Source of the DNA: Octopus bimaculoides
Lineage: Eukaryota
Direction: 5' to 3'
Length of the DNA: 64,000 bases
Assembly: GCF_001194135.2 (NCBI RefSeq)
Contig: NC_068996.1
Location: 50,449,187-50,513,186, forward strand
Part shown: one piece after another, positions 36,201 through 50,840 of the stretch
How the letters are laid out: the number at the start of each line of letters is the position of its first letter
How positions within the stretch are numbered: the stretch's first letter is position 1
Notes under the pieces: model-generated
Databases searched by the model: none
What the model was told of the DNA's origin: nothing
What the model saw: only the letters and a program-made list of their open reading frames with translations
Made by a program: the position numbers and the translations under genes

Positions 36201-37361
36201 AGTATTCAACTGCTACTTATTTTATCAACCCCGAAAGGATGAAAGGCAAAGTTGACCCTGGCAGAATTTGAACTCAGAATGTAAGGTCAGATGAAATATC
36301 ACTAAGCATTTTGCCCACTGTGCTAATGATTCTGTCAGGGCACCACCTTGATGATAATGGTGATAATAATCCTTTATAATTTTTGGCACAAGATCAGCAA
36401 TTTTGAGGGGAGTGGGTAATTGATTGTATCAACCCCAGTGCTTAACTGGTACTTATTCTATTAACCTTGGAAGGAAATAAAGCCAAGTTGACCTTGGCAA
36501 AATTTGAACTATTATTATCAATATCTTAAATAGTTATATTGATAGGTAAATTAAGATTGTTAGCATTGATTTAGGATTCAGTGAAATGAAATTTAATGGA
36601 AGCCAGAAAGTATTTTATTTTTCTAGGGAATATTTGTGAGATTTGAAAGGGTTTTAAGTGTTTAAATTCATCGTTGTCGTCATTGTTTGATATATGTTTT
36701 CCATGCTGGTATGGCTTTGATGATTGTTGGTCAACCAGAGAGCTGTCCAGACTCCAATTGTTCGTTTTGATATGGTTTTTGTGGCTGGATGCCCTTCCTA
36801 ACACCAACCACTTTACAGATTGTGCTGGGTGCTTTTTATGTGGCATCTGCACAAGTACATTTTACATGGCATCGGCACCTGTAAAGGACAAGTCTCTATG
36901 TACAGATGACTGCGATTTTACTTTGCTTGACATATCTTCTCAAGTACAGCAAATCCTCTGTGAGGCCCAACATCTGAAGATCCTTTCTCACCACTTTGTC
37001 CCACATCTTCCTGGGTCTTCCCCTTCCACAGGTTCCTCCACATTTAGAGGTCAGCACTTCTTTAAGCAGCTGTCTTCATCCACACGCATCACATGACCAA
37101 ACCAGCACAGTCATCTCTTTTGCACACAACATCTGATGCCTCTTACACCCAGTTTTCCTCTTAAATCATTCACACTGTGTCATGATGTTGCAGGATAAAC
37201 ATTTTGAAGGTGGACACGATCGAATCTTGTGTCTATTGAGTCCTTATTATCCCAATCATTCATATGTATATATATAGCAGGAAATGTAATGTCTACACAC
37301 ACATGCACATATATAGTGTGTGATTATGTATATATATGTATGTGTGTGTATATATATATAA

Positions 37362-37585
37362 AGGGCAGCGAGCTGGCAGAGTCATTAGCACACCAGGCAA
37401 AATGCTTAGCTGTATTTCGTCTGCCGTTACATTCTGAGTTCAAATTCCGCTAAGGCCGACTTTGCCTTTCATCCTTTCGGGGTCGATTAAAAAAGTACCA
37501 GTTACGCACTGGGGTCGATATAATCGACTTAATCCCTTTGTTTGTCGTCTCTATGTTTAGCCCCTTGTGGGCAATTAAGAAATAT
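37362..37585 (+). mobile_element. tRNA-derived SINE (family B variant)
   Basis: AGGGCAGCGAGCTGGCAGAGTCATTAGC...GAGTTCAAATTCCGC...GGGGTCGAT. Confidence 0.8.
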
Positions 37586-37690
37586 ATATATATATATATG
37601 TATATGTATGTATATATATGTATGTATGCATATATGCTTTTGTTTTACTGGGAAGCAATACTACTGTATTGCACTATTTAATCATTTTGT

Positions 37691-37731
<41 letters not shown>

Positions 37732-37743
37732 TATGGAAACATA

Positions 37744-37994
37744 TGTTGTTGAAAAACCTTATCAAAAACACGTATTAAAATGGAATATGTAGAGAAAAAA
37801 GTTATTATTAAAATAAGTGTTCATAGTGTACTTCCTTTTTTCCTGCAAGAGCACATGGTAATTTCCTTTACCATATGTTCTTGTAGGAAAAAAGGAAGTA
37901 CACTATGAACGTTTATTCTAATAATTTTATTAATAACTTTTTTCTCTACATATTCCATTTTAGTACATACTTTTGATAAGGTTTTTCGACAACA
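37744..37994. mobile_element. Fold-back (palindromic) element, about 250 bp
   Basis: About 120-bp arms (TGTTGT.GAAAAACCTTATCAAAA ... CTTCCTTTTTTCCT.CAAGA.CA.ATGGTAA) around a 6-nt loop. Confidence 0.8.
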
Positions 37995-38710
37995 GAAACT
38001 GTAAAATTTTAAATCTAATATAAGTATTAAGATTATTTAGCATAAATAACATTTTGTATTGGAAATTACAAGTGTTACTAAATTTGGATATTTCATTATA
38101 ATAGAATTTTATATATATGTATGTATTATCATTTTTAGCTATTTTTTCTTCTATATTTCTTCTGTTAGTAGTTACTATTAAAAAGAAGGAAAGTACCTTA
38201 CCAATCTTGGAGGTAGACTTTGAAAAGCCTCTAAAATTAGTAAATAAAAGGTAGGAGAAACTATGACTTATTGCAGTATTGGATTGATTTATCTGCAAAG
38301 TGAAAAATCTTGTCCAGTCAAAAGGACCAGGTGGAGTCCACTTTGTTGTGGACTCCACCTTGCCTCTTAGATGCCTTTGGCAATGTTAAAGTGGTCAATA
38401 AATTAACTCTCCTACCTAAGGATAGGTTCATTCCAGTTGACTTGCTTCTATAGTGTTTCCCTCTCTCCAGTTTCACTTGCACAACTCAAGTCAACTTTGA
38501 GGCTATGCTAGAAGGTGTCATGCAGAAAGATTGCATTCAGAACTGTTTGATTGTGAAGTGAACTTTTTAACCTCACAGCCATGCCTGTTGCAGTGTTAAC
38601 TGAACCAGTAGGGGCAGATAATATGTTACTACAATTAGGGGATTTAGTGCTTGAATTACAAATATTGCCGTATTTAAACTGACTTTCCCTTTTTTTGTTT
38701 TCATTTTTAG

Positions 38711-38779
38711 CCATCTGTTCGTTTGACTCCAGCAGCTATATTATATGCAGGCAAGAATCGAGATGGTACTCACATACTT
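38711..38779 (+). CDS. BCKDK: BCKDK coding exon 2 (69 nt, phase 0/0)
   Basis: tttttag|CCA...CTT|gtaagt. Translates PSVRLTPAAILYAGKNRDGTHIL versus human [23 protein letters not shown]. Confidence 0.95.
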
Positions 38780-39005
38780 GTAAGTATACTCTCTCTTTGT
38801 GTGTGTAATGTAATTATCTTCTATCTTTTACTTGTTTCAGTCATTGGTCTATGGCCATGCTCGAGTACCACCCTGAAGGGTTCAGTCAAGCAAATCAGTC
38901 CCATTACTTATATTTTTAAGCCTGGTACTTATTCTATCAGTCTCTTGGTGAACCACTAAGTTAGAGACGTTAACAAAGCAATAACAGTTGTCAAGCATTA
39001 GTAGG

Positions 39006-39320
39006 ACACACACACAAACACACACCCACGCAAACACACACCCATGCNNNNNNNNNNATGCAAACACACACCCACGCAAACACACACCCACGCAAACACA
39101 CACCCATGCACACAAAAACATGCAAGCACGCATGCAAACATGCACACAAGCACATACATGCACACAAGCACATACATGCAAATACGCACACAAACACATA
39201 CATGCAAACACACACCCACGCAAACACACACCCACGCAAACACAAAAACATGCACACAAGCACATACATGCACACAAACACATACATGCACACAAACACA
39301 TACATGCAAACACACACACC
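39006..39320. repeat. Compound CA-rich minisatellite (GCAAACACACACCCAC and ATGCACACAAGCACATAC units)
   Basis: Direct reading. It grows from the CA tract of a family-A SINE and contains a 10-N gap. Confidence 0.9.
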
Positions 39321-40088
39321 ATTTAATGTCCAGCTTCCATGCTGACATATAGATGTATGTGAGTGTTTAATTGTGAATAATAGACAGAAAATGTTTTTTC
39401 GTCTAAGCAAAAGAAATGAAATAAAATGCTTTGCGCAAACCAAGTCCTGGTGACATTGACTCCAGCAGCATATTGCATTTCATGGAAACAACTGAATATT
39501 ATATTTTGAAGTGTATATATCTAGGTCATGTGAGCAAAATTTTTTTACTAACTCAATTCAGAATGTTTTTGTTTTTTTTTTTTCGTTTCCATTGAATATT
39601 GTCTCAAAGGAAGTCAAAACTCTATTTTCAAATGACAATTTCTCTGACAAAAAGATTCCTCTTATATGAAGTTTCTGGCTGTTTATTTTTATTTGATCTT
39701 GTATATTTATTAGAACATATATAAAAAATACCATCAGTACAAATACTGCTGCTGCTGCTACTACTACTACTACCTATCTATTTATCTTTCTACCTACCTA
39801 TCTACCAGTCATTGTTTTTCTATCTTGCTCAGCAGAAAGAAAAATATAAATATTGGTGGTCTACTCTTACTTGTTTCTGTCATTTGACTGTGGTCATGCT
39901 GGAGCACTGCCTTAAAAGGGTTTTTTAGTTGAAGAAATCAACCCAGGATTTATCCTTTGTAAGGCTAGTACTTATTCTGTTGGTCTGTTTTGCCAAACTA
40001 CTAAGTTATGGGGACATAAACACACCAACATCGGTTGTCAAGTGATGGTGGAGGGACAAACACAGGCACAAAGACAATACATGCATAA

Positions 40089-40167
<79 letters not shown>

Positions 40168-41353
40168 TGCACACATACATGACAGGTTTCTTCCAGTTTC
40201 TGTCTACCAAATCCACTCACAAGGCTTTGGTTGTCCCAAGGCTATAGCAGAAGACAATTGCCCAGAACCAAGAGGTTGGGAAGCAAGCTTCTAACCATAC
40301 AGCCACATTTTTTTTTCACTAAAATGAAAAATGCCCCTCCACCCACAAAACAACATAAAACCTCGATAAATAAATTGTATTCACTTGTATAGAAATTAAG
40401 GTATGTTATTCTTATTGTAATGTTCAGTTTGAACTTTGCACATTTGGTTTGTATGAAACTTGTCAAACCTACATAGATACACACTTATGTTTCTCCTGTG
40501 TCTCTATAATGGAATCCTATTTGAAATTTCCTTCTGACCTTTTTTGATATCAACCTGCCTGAAACCACCCTTGGCTCTATGATATAAACTGTCTATTTTA
40601 AATGGATCTAAGTTCAAACCTTTCATCAAGTCTTCCTTTTATGTTCCAAACATGTATTTAGTAATGACAATGTTATTTCACTAAACTGTTTATTACTTTC
40701 ATAATTAATTGTAATGAAGGAAATATATTTCAACAGAAAGGGTTAAACAATAAATGTACAATGAATCTGGATTTGCTTTAATTTTAGTTTGTTTTTCATG
40801 CTGGTTACAGAAGCAGTGAAATAATTAAATAAATAAAATATAGTTCAAATTGTACAAAAACCAGAAGAGTGTAACAGACGAGGGAACAACAGAACAAGAT
40901 ATATTAGTTTGATGCTCAGGGAAACTGGAAGAGTCTTTGACATTTTGAGCCCACACTCTTCTTCATAAAGGAATGAGGTGTGAAAACGGAAGGAGAGAGG
41001 AAAGAAAACAGAGAAATAAAGATGTCTGAACACATATGCACACACATATATACACACGGGTGTACACATACACACAAAACATTTTATCATTTCTTGTAAT
41101 CTAACTCTATTAATGTGACTGACAAACATGGGTTCATTCTTACATATCAAGATAACTGTTTAGTGGTTAAAAAGTAGTGCTGTCAAACTAATGCTCCTCT
41201 TAAACACATTCCACAAGTGTCAGGATAAATAGATACAAGGAATGGGTTCATTTTGTTTGTGTATGGTGGGTTTCTTTATAGCTTGGAAAATGTTTTGATT
41301 ACTACCTGTTGAATTGGGTATTGACTTTAAATCTGTTACATATATATGTATGT

Positions 41354-41418
<65 letters not shown>

Positions 41419-42440
41419 NNNNNNNNNNNNNNNNNNNNNNNNNNNNNNNNNNNNNNNNNNNNNNNNNNNNNNNNNNNNNNNNNNNNNNNNNNNNNNNNNN
41501 NNNNNNNNNNNNNNNNNNNNNNNNNNNNNNNNNNNNNNNNNNNNNNNNNNNNNNNNNNNNNNNNNNNNNNNNNNNNNNNNNNNNNNNNNNNNNNNNNNNN
41601 NNNNNNNNNNNNNNNNNNNNNNNNNNNNNNNNNNNNNNNNNNNNNNNNNNNNNNNNNNNNNNNNNNNNNNNNNNNNNNNNNNNNNNNNNNNNNNNNNNNN
41701 NNNNNNNNNNNNNNNNNNNNNNNNNNNNNNNNNNNNNNNNNNNNNNNNNNNNNNNNNNNNNNNNNNNNNNNNNNNNNNNNNNNNNNNNNNNNNNNNNNNN
41801 NNNNNNNNNNNNNNNNNNNNNNNNNNNNNNNNTGACTGGATTTTCATGGATGAGTTCATGAACTTTGGTTCTTTTCTCTAAATTATATATTTATATTATA
41901 TATTTATATTATATATATATATATATATATATCAACAAAACAGGAAGTTGGACAATTTTTGAGTGTTGTTTATTCACCATTACACATGTTTCATTTGCTA
42001 ATAGAAATTACCAAGAAATTCTTCAAAGCGTTTTATCCTCTTTACTTTATATATATGAGAGAGGGAGAGAAAGAAAACGGGGGTTGAAGAAATCCAGGCA
42101 AATACATCAGTGAGCACTCTCTGCAATAAGACTCCATCCCACTTTTACAAGTTTTGCTTGTAGCAGACTGTAAAAAAAAAAAAAAAGGAATCTAACAATA
42201 TCTTTCATACTTTCATGAGAACGATTGGGGGAATTACTGTGCTATTAATTAATTGATTGATTATGTGTACAAACCATTTTATGATGTGGAAACAGTTTCT
42301 CCAGCTATTCAAAATATACAGAAGACAAAAAAATTATTGTGTAAAGATATAATTCTTCATTTTTTGTCTGATTAATATATACATTTATATATACATACAT
42401 GCATACACACACATACATCATATATACATATACACACATG

Positions 42441-42484
<44 letters not shown>

Positions 42485-45400
42485 ATGTATGTGTGTGTGC
42501 GCGTGGGTGTGTATATAATGATATGTAAAAGTAAGAATTCAGGCATAGGAAGTTAGTAAGCTTCAAGCAGTTTGCAGAAGGAATAAAAACCCAAGTTGAA
42601 GGAATGGAGCAGGTAAAACCCAAGCTACAAATGTTTCCTAGCTTGCAGAACCTCAGAAATAATAATTGCTCAATGAGCAGTGTGTGTGTGTGTGTGTGTG
42701 TGATGATTTTTTAAAAATTCAAGGATATTCAAAATTATTTGAGATGAGTTTTATAAAGTCTGTTTTGTGGACCATTTCCTTATTTTAGTTGTAATTGATA
42801 CACTCTCCAAACATCTTCAAGTGATATTCTTGAGATAAGTCTGGGATTGAACATGAAACTACATTCAACATACTAACACTACTGGTCTATTTGCACAGAA
42901 GACAATAATGTTGACATCTGTGACTTGTTCTTTTGTATTTTTGTATATTGTGTCCATGACATATTGTTTGGAACACAAGAACCGGCTGGTTAGTTAAAAA
43001 GTTCCATTTTCAATTCCCTGTTGACCGAGGATATCACCTGGCAAATTTCAATTCAGAAATGTTAATAGCATGTCCAAAGATCTGGAAATCCTTCTGAAAA
43101 CTGATATCACTTCTTATCAAAGAAGAGTTATGTTGAATAATTTTATGAGAAATTACAGTTTATGATCATAACTTTGCATTTTGCTAAGAAAGTTGCACCA
43201 ATCAAAATCTATAATTTATCAATCAAAGCCTTTATTTAATTTGATTTTTTTCTCTCTTAGAAAAGTTAACTAAATACTGGCTAAAATTTGGCTGGTCTTG
43301 TGCCTCCGCCATTCAGGCATCCCTATCCTATTTGTCATTCACCTCCACATCACTTATGGTGCACCTAACTCTCTTGCTTCTTCACTAACCATTATATTCC
43401 AATCCTTGCTCCCCAGAACATCCTCCTTCTGGAATCTCCTTGCTCATGTCTTTCTTGCAGTGATCGACACACACTCTTGGAGTGGTTGGCATTAGGTTGG
43501 CTTGCCAGATCAAATTGGAGCTTGGTGAAGCCTACTGGCTCGCCAGTCCCCAGTCAAACCGTCCAACCCATGCCAGCATGGAAAACGGACGTTAAACGAT
43601 GATGATAATGATTAACAACATCAAACTCACCCAGTCTCAGATGACCTGCAGAGGTCATGAGCACTTTCAAAATCATTAAAGGACAAATGATTATCTTCTA
43701 CAACACACATACACACACACACCTTTCTGTCTCTCTAATCCTTCCATTCTATTTCCTTCTGTTTTACTTGATCAATACATACATATTTCCTGCTGCAGAG
43801 TGCATTGCTATTTTGAATGCTATGCCATGCAGTACATTTATTGAGTAAGCTGTGATTAGCATATTTTGAAATTTAGTGTTAAGTATGCATATCGACATCC
43901 AACAACTGAAAATAACCTTTCACTCATTTGAGAGAGACAGAGACTGTTCTCAGTTTGGACATTTGTTTATTTGGACAATCTGTGAGCTTGAGGTTTGCAA
44001 GTTGTTAATTAAGCAAAATTTTGATTAAATTTGCAACTGTTAAAATGTCTTTTTTTTTTTGTTTGCTTTTAAATTGTTGGTGTAACTGAAACTCTATTGC
44101 ATAATGTGTGTGTGTGTAAACATCAAACAATGGAAATGAGTGCTCAACACTGCATTGGTGGATAAAGATTATTTATGTATTAAGGCTACCATTGGTTTCA
44201 TGTTAAGGAAATATCTTAACAAGTCTTCAAGCCAAACGCATAGAAAAATTGGTGTTCATCTCCATTTTGGGTTTAATGAGAGAGAGAATATTCTTTGCCA
44301 TGAATCATTCCACTCCTCCACTCTTGAACACTATAGCTACATTAACTCCTAATTCCTTCTCCTCCCCACATCCTTCCAGCCACTAATTACCAACACTTCC
44401 TTACCACGATCCTGTGACCACGAGTCCGCTGCCCTAACCACTGGGTCATTGCGCCTCCCAATAGTAATAGTAGTGTGTTGTGTATATACTTTCTTCCCCC
44501 CTGCTTCAATATATTATATATCCAATACTAGGATATAAAACTACTCTACAGTGCTTTGTATCATACTTTAACCTCATACTTCTGGTGCTTTGTGTCATAC
44601 TTTAACCTCTCAACATTTAACATCCTTTTCTGCTATATGTCTATGCGCCCACTCAGGTTGGAGAAGTCTTTAGTTTTATGAGTTATTTGGTGACCTCACT
44701 AATGCTGGTGCCTTGGAAAACAGAATGTATACACTGTAAAAGTGTAGTTGTATCTGCTTAAGCAGACAGGAGTATGTCTCTTCTCTGACTCATCAGATCC
44801 TGTCAAATTGTCCAATCAATGCCAACATGGAAAATGGACATTAAATGTTGATGCTCTTACTTGTACATTTATAAATGAAATCTTAAAAGTAGGATTGTCC
44901 AATGCCTGTTATTGTAAATAAATAAATAAATAAAAATACTTTTGGAGCAGATAAATTTTATATTCAGCTCTTATGCTCATATGCATATGCGCACAAACAC
45001 ACATATACATGCCTTAATACACATCTGATTCAATTAATTAATTTTGGTGGGTAGCTGTTTCATATTATCTTTTCATTTGTTGCATTTAAATGTTATATAA
45101 CTGAAGTCATTATTGTCTTTGTCATTGGATAGGTGGGTGAGTGGATGGCCAATTATTTGGAATGGTGGTGACAATTAAAAATTGGTCCCTGTTGCTAATA
45201 TTTCTATCATGGCCTAAGTTCACATAACTTGGTACTTGTTATCTTTTGCAGTGCTATTTATGCTAGTGAGCTATTTGCACACTAGTAATGTCTACTTGTG
45301 TCTAAGTGATCTGGTATCTTGAGAATTTATTGTTTCCTATTATTAGTAAACGTGATATGATCAGTTGCCTCCTTGGCTGATTGTTTAGTATCAACTTTAT

Positions 45401-45789
45401 CAACTTGATCTTAGCCATCTTTGTTCTCACACTTGATCTAAAGAGCATGTGTGGCTTACTACACTAGAGTTTTCTCTTGGATAACAAGCGCAAAGCAGAA
45501 ATGTTATCAGCAACAAATTGTTATAGTTTCAGGAGAAATATAGCCACATCTTTTATAAAATAAAACTGTCCACTCTTCCAATCTAAAACTGGCGCCACTA
45601 TGAGTCAACCACTTCCATATTTTTTTTATTTCTGTATTTTACTCTTATTTAGAGCATCTCCTTTACATTTGTGGCAATTAATAAACTTATTAATAAGATA
45701 TGCATAATTGAGGGATTATTTTCAGTAGCAGTCTTTCTTTGAAGAATTCATGGGTTTTTCTTCCTTGCTTCATTTCCATAATATGAGTG

Positions 45790-46050
45790 TCTGTGGCCTA
45801 GTGGTTAGGGTGTTCCATGCACAAACTGTGGTTTCGATTCCTGGCTTCGGTGTTCTTGCACAAAACGCTTCATTTTAGTATACTCAACTGTAAATGACTT
45901 CTCAGCAACAGGTGGGAAATTAACTCTGCAATCAACTGGCATTCCATTCAGGAGGGAATGTTGTAATCTCGGACATATATATGCCATGGAAATTGGTTTA
46001 AGCTTCGTCCTTATGAGTCCTGGGGATCATGACAGGTTGAAGCTATTTTC
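45790..46050 (+). mobile_element. Old tRNA-derived SINE
   Basis: TGGCCTAGTGG (A box) ... GGTTTCGATTCC (B box), followed by a non-tRNA body. Confidence 0.6.
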
Positions 46051-46761
46051 CTTAATTGGAAACCTAGATTGAAATTTTGGGGTAGGTAAGGGATTGAATC
46101 TGGCTGGTTTGAACATAAAACATGTAGAATATTTAGGCCGGATATGGACAATTCAAATGCTAAAGGGTTGATCGCTTGTCTTGTATCTGTTCCTGCTTCT
46201 ACTGTTACTACTCCTGGGAGGTAAGTTTTCTTTTTGGTTGAATATGGAATCCATTTCTCCACAGAAGTATCTCAATTAGTTGAGATTGTTTCAAATCAAA
46301 TGTTACCTCTCAATGTTGATTATTTGTATGTTATAAATAATTCATAAAATGAATGGTAATTTATGTGCAATGTTTGGTACCTGTGGAACCTAGATTCGCT
46401 GGATAATATTTATTTGGCCATTACACCGAATAAGCTTTGTTAAAAGCTGTGAAAACCAAAATTAAATCCCATGAAAATAAACATAAGCAATAGATCTTTG
46501 GGTGAGACAACTCTCTAAATAGTAAAGCACAGAGTCTTCCGAAGTGATTGGCTTTAAAATTCAAAAGTATATGAGCAGCTATATTAACAGCAGCATATGA
46601 TAAAATGCATTGTGTGGTGCCACCACCACCACCACCACCATCATCATCATCATTATCACCATCATCACCTGCTTTCTACATGTTAAATTAACTATAATAA
46701 AAAGTAGTATAATTTGCATGAAGTATTTTCTCATATATATATATAAATGTTTTTAATTATA

Positions 46762-46793
<32 letters not shown>

Positions 46794-47182
46794 GCCAAAA
46801 TAATGCAAATTATAAAAGTACAGGTTGGTGATTTTACCTGGTATTTCAATATTTCAGGGTTAGGACTTATTCTTCAGGAAATCTTTGGAATAAAGGTGTT
46901 GTTAGCTGATTTCTCTCATCATCTTTATAACTTGCATTGTTTTGGTTTAAAAATAAAATGTTTTAAAATAGTGAAATATAACATTTTTATTAGTAAAGAT
47001 TATTAATTGCATTATTAACCAAATTGTCTTTTGTTAAGATTTACTTCCTGTTTCTACATTAATATTCTCTTATAATTCTTGTAAGTAAAACCCCAAAGAC
47101 ATTGTTTTCTCATTTGGATGTATATTTTTGTTTCATCAAATCCAGCTTTAATATTAAAAATATTTTTTTGGTTTCTCCACAG

Positions 47183-47293
47183 AGAAGTGCCCAGTATCTT
47201 CATAAAGAATTGCCTGTCCGAATTGCTCATAGAATTGGGGGTTTCAGAGGACTGCCGTTTATTGTTGGCTGCAATCCAACAATTTTGCAAGTG
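47183..47293 (+). CDS. BCKDK: BCKDK coding exon 3 (111 nt, phase 0/0)
   Basis: tctccacag|AGA...GTG|gtaatt. Translates [37 protein letters not shown], containing the ELPVRIAHR motif of the PDK/BCKDK family. Confidence 0.96.
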
Positions 47294-47358
47294 GTAATTT
47301 TTTTTTTTTTTTTTTTTTTCNNNNNNNNNNACTCCAATTTGCTCTTTCCTCCCTCTAC

Positions 47359-47390
<32 letters not shown>

Positions 47391-48265
47391 GATGGCTAGC
47401 TGGCAGAATCATTAGCAGTATTTTGTCTGTTACATTCTGAGTTCAAATTCCGCCAAGGTTGCTTTTATCTTTTCAGGGTTGATCAATTAAGTACCAGTTG
47501 AGCACTGGAGTTGATGTAATCGATTATTCTCCTCTCCCCAAAATTTCAGGCCTTGTACCTATATTAGAAAGGATTATTATTATTAAGGTAACAAGCTGGC
47601 AGAATTGTTAGCACACTGTGCAAAGTACTTAGAGGCGTTGTTTTATGTTCTGTGTTCAAATTCTGCTGAAGTTGATTTTTCCTTTCATCCTTTTGGGGTT
47701 GATTAAATAAGCACCAGTTGAGCACTGGGGTCAATGTAATCGACTAGTCCCCTCCCCCAAATTTCAGGCATTGTGCCTTTAGTAGATAGGGCTATTATTA
47801 TTATTATCATTAAGGTGGTGAGCTGGTGGAATAGTTGCATGCTGGGCAAAATTCTTAATGGCATTCTGTCTGTTTTATGTTCTGAGTTCAAATGCTGCCG
47901 AGATTGATTTTGCCTTTCATCCTTTTGGGGTGGATAAAATAAGTACCAGTTAAGCGCTGGGGTGGATGTAATCAACTTATTTTGTATCCCAAAATTGCTG
48001 GCTTTGTGCCAAAACTTGAAGCCAAAAAGACGGTGAGCTGGCAGAATTGTTAACACACTGGGCAAAATGCTTAGCGATATTTTGCCCATCTTTACATTAT
48101 GACTTCAAATTCTGCCGAGGTTGACTTTGCCTTTCATCCTTTTGGCGTTGGTAAATTAAGTACCAGTCAAGTACTGGGGTTGATGTGATCAACTAGTCCC
48201 CTCTCCACAAATTTCAGACCTTGTGCCTAATGTAGAAAGGATTTTTATTATTATTATTATTATGA
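47391..48265 (+). mobile_element. Four head-to-tail family-B SINEs
   Basis: Heads at about 47391, 47586, 47813 and 48029. The first three follow an (ATT)n tract, and the copies differ visibly from each other. Confidence 0.85.
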
Positions 48266-48526
48266 TCATCATCATCATGTATCTTTTCTAGAGAGGTACA
48301 ATGGATGCAAGGTGCTGTTCTTGATTGCATGGTCATACTCTCTTTACTCTTTTACTTGTTTCAGTCATTTGACTGTGGCCATGCTGGAGCACCGCCTTTA
48401 GTCGAGCAAATCGACCCCAGGACTTATTCTTTGGATCGGTCTCTTTTGCCGAACTGCTAAGTTACGGTTGTCAAGCGATGGTGGGGGGGGAACAAACAGA
48501 GACACAAACATATACACACACATACA

Positions 48527-48597
<71 letters not shown>

Positions 48598-50840
48598 GAC
48601 AGGCTTCTTTCAGTTTCCGTCTACCAAATCCACTCTGAAGTCTTTGGTCGGCCCGAGGTTATAGTAGAAGACACTTGCCCAAGGTGCTACGCAGTGGGAC
48701 TGAACCCGGAACCATGTTGTTGGTAAGCAAGCTACTTACCACACAGCCACTCCTGAGCTCAAACATTATAGAAACCATTGTATTGATTTACACAAAACTT
48801 TCGTTTTCTTCAGTCAGTCTGTTGAGTAGGCTATTTGAAAGATAATTGCTCCAATAAACACTTTTTCACCCATGAAGCCAAAAAGTGAATCAGATAAAAG
48901 AAATCTTTATTGCTTTTTCAAAGTTTTGGATTGAAAAGGAAGAAGTTGTAAAGTAGGGATATATATGACACAATCTTTGAATGCAAAGTGTACTTTCTTG
49001 GCTGTGTGATTAAGATTACCAACCATGTTTCCCATTATATGGTGCTTTGAGTAAGTGTCCTCTACTCTAATTTTTGGTTAATTACTTTACTCGTTTGTAG
49101 AATTTGGTACATACAAGCCCTTAATTTGTGTATCTTTTATCTTTTACTTGTTTCAGTCATTTGATTGCGGCCATGCTGGCGCACCACTCCTCTGATGCGT
49201 TTCAGTCAAACAAATTGACCCCTATGCTTATTTTTCTTTTTAAGCCTGGTATTTATTGTTGGTACCTTCTGCGGAACCCCTAAATTATGGAGACATAAAC
49301 AAACCAAGACTAGTTGCCAAATTATGGTGGGATGACAAAGGAACACACACAACTATGAGGTTCTGTGATTGATGCTGCATTATACCTTGGACAAGTGTAT
49401 TCTACTAAAGCTTTAGGATTGACTGGCAGAGATTATTTTGTGTATGTGTACATATCATCATCATTTAACGTCTGTCCTCAATAAATGATGATGGTATATA
49501 CATACACAAACACACATTTATATTCAAATATGAATGAGAAGCAGCCCGAGAGATATAAACAATATTGAACACACATACACAAGGCATGTGTTTTGCCAGT
49601 TGCCATTTTGTGAGCAGGCTGTGATTATAGGTATAGGAGAATATATTCTTTCCAATTCTGCTGGTGTTAAATCACCTAAAAGTAATAGAGGGAACCTGAT
49701 ACAAGTTATCTTGCTTGTCTATGACTTCCAGGTGAATTGAAGATAATATATTCTCTTATGCTTATAATTGCATCCTGCCCATGAACTGGGAAAACATATG
49801 CCTTGTTTATGTGTGTTTAATATTGTTTATAAACACATGCACAAACACACACACACACACATACACAACAGGCTTCAACATAGTTTCTGTCACAAGGCAT
49901 CAGCTGACCCAGGTCTCTCGTAGAAGACACTTGTTCAAGGTGTTGCGCAGTGGGACTGAACCTGAAACGATGTGGTTGCAAAAAGAGTTTCTTAATCAGA
50001 CCTCCTAGTAAACTAAGAAAACAACTACTTTATAAACAAAGTCCTTTGATAGTTCAGCTGCATTGTGTTAACTCGCTCTTATCACTGTTGTGGTTGTAAA
50101 TACAGTAAAGGCATTCAGCCGTAAAAACCCTGCCAAAACAGACACAGAAGTCTGGTACAGTCTTCTGCCTGGCCAACTCCTGTCAAGCTGTTCAACCCAT
50201 GCCAGCATGGAAGGCGGATGTTAAACGATAGTGATGATGATGATGATAAGCTAATGAGTAAATCCCCCTGCTCCTCCCTGGAAACCTGTAACCAAATATG
50301 CTGTTGTTTATAAACTATGATATTAAATACATATCCCATGTTGGCACTTTGTGGGAAGCACTTGTGCCAGCGTCACATAAGGGGATCTGTATCAGTGCCA
50401 CATAAGAAGAGACTGTGCCATGCCATACTGGTGTCATGTAAAAGTACACTCTGGAAAGTGGTTGGCATTAGGAAGGGCATCTCTCCACCACCACTTCATA
50501 ACCAGTGTTGGTTTGTTTATGCCTCCCATGAATTCGTGGTTGAGCAAAAAGAGACTGAGACAGGTTTTTAAAAAATAACTACTGGTGTCAATTTGTCCTA
50601 CTAAACCCTTAAAGTAAAGGCATGGTGCTGCCCCAGCATGGCCACAGTCCAATAACTGAAACATGTAATTAGTAAGCATCTGCCTTTTTTGGGGGAGGTG
50701 GGAGGTATATCTAAAATCTTTTATTAATCACATCATAAAAGAAAAAGTCACAGAAAGCAAAAAATATTCACTATATTTACTTCTTTTTCTTTTCTCTAAT
50801 ATTTTATCATTAAATGATTATTTTTGTTTCTCTCTTTTAG

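Noticed and set aside
45790-45850. tRNA-like A and B boxes (also about 44405-44460 on the minus strand)
   Set aside because: No complete cloverleaf; these are SINE heads.
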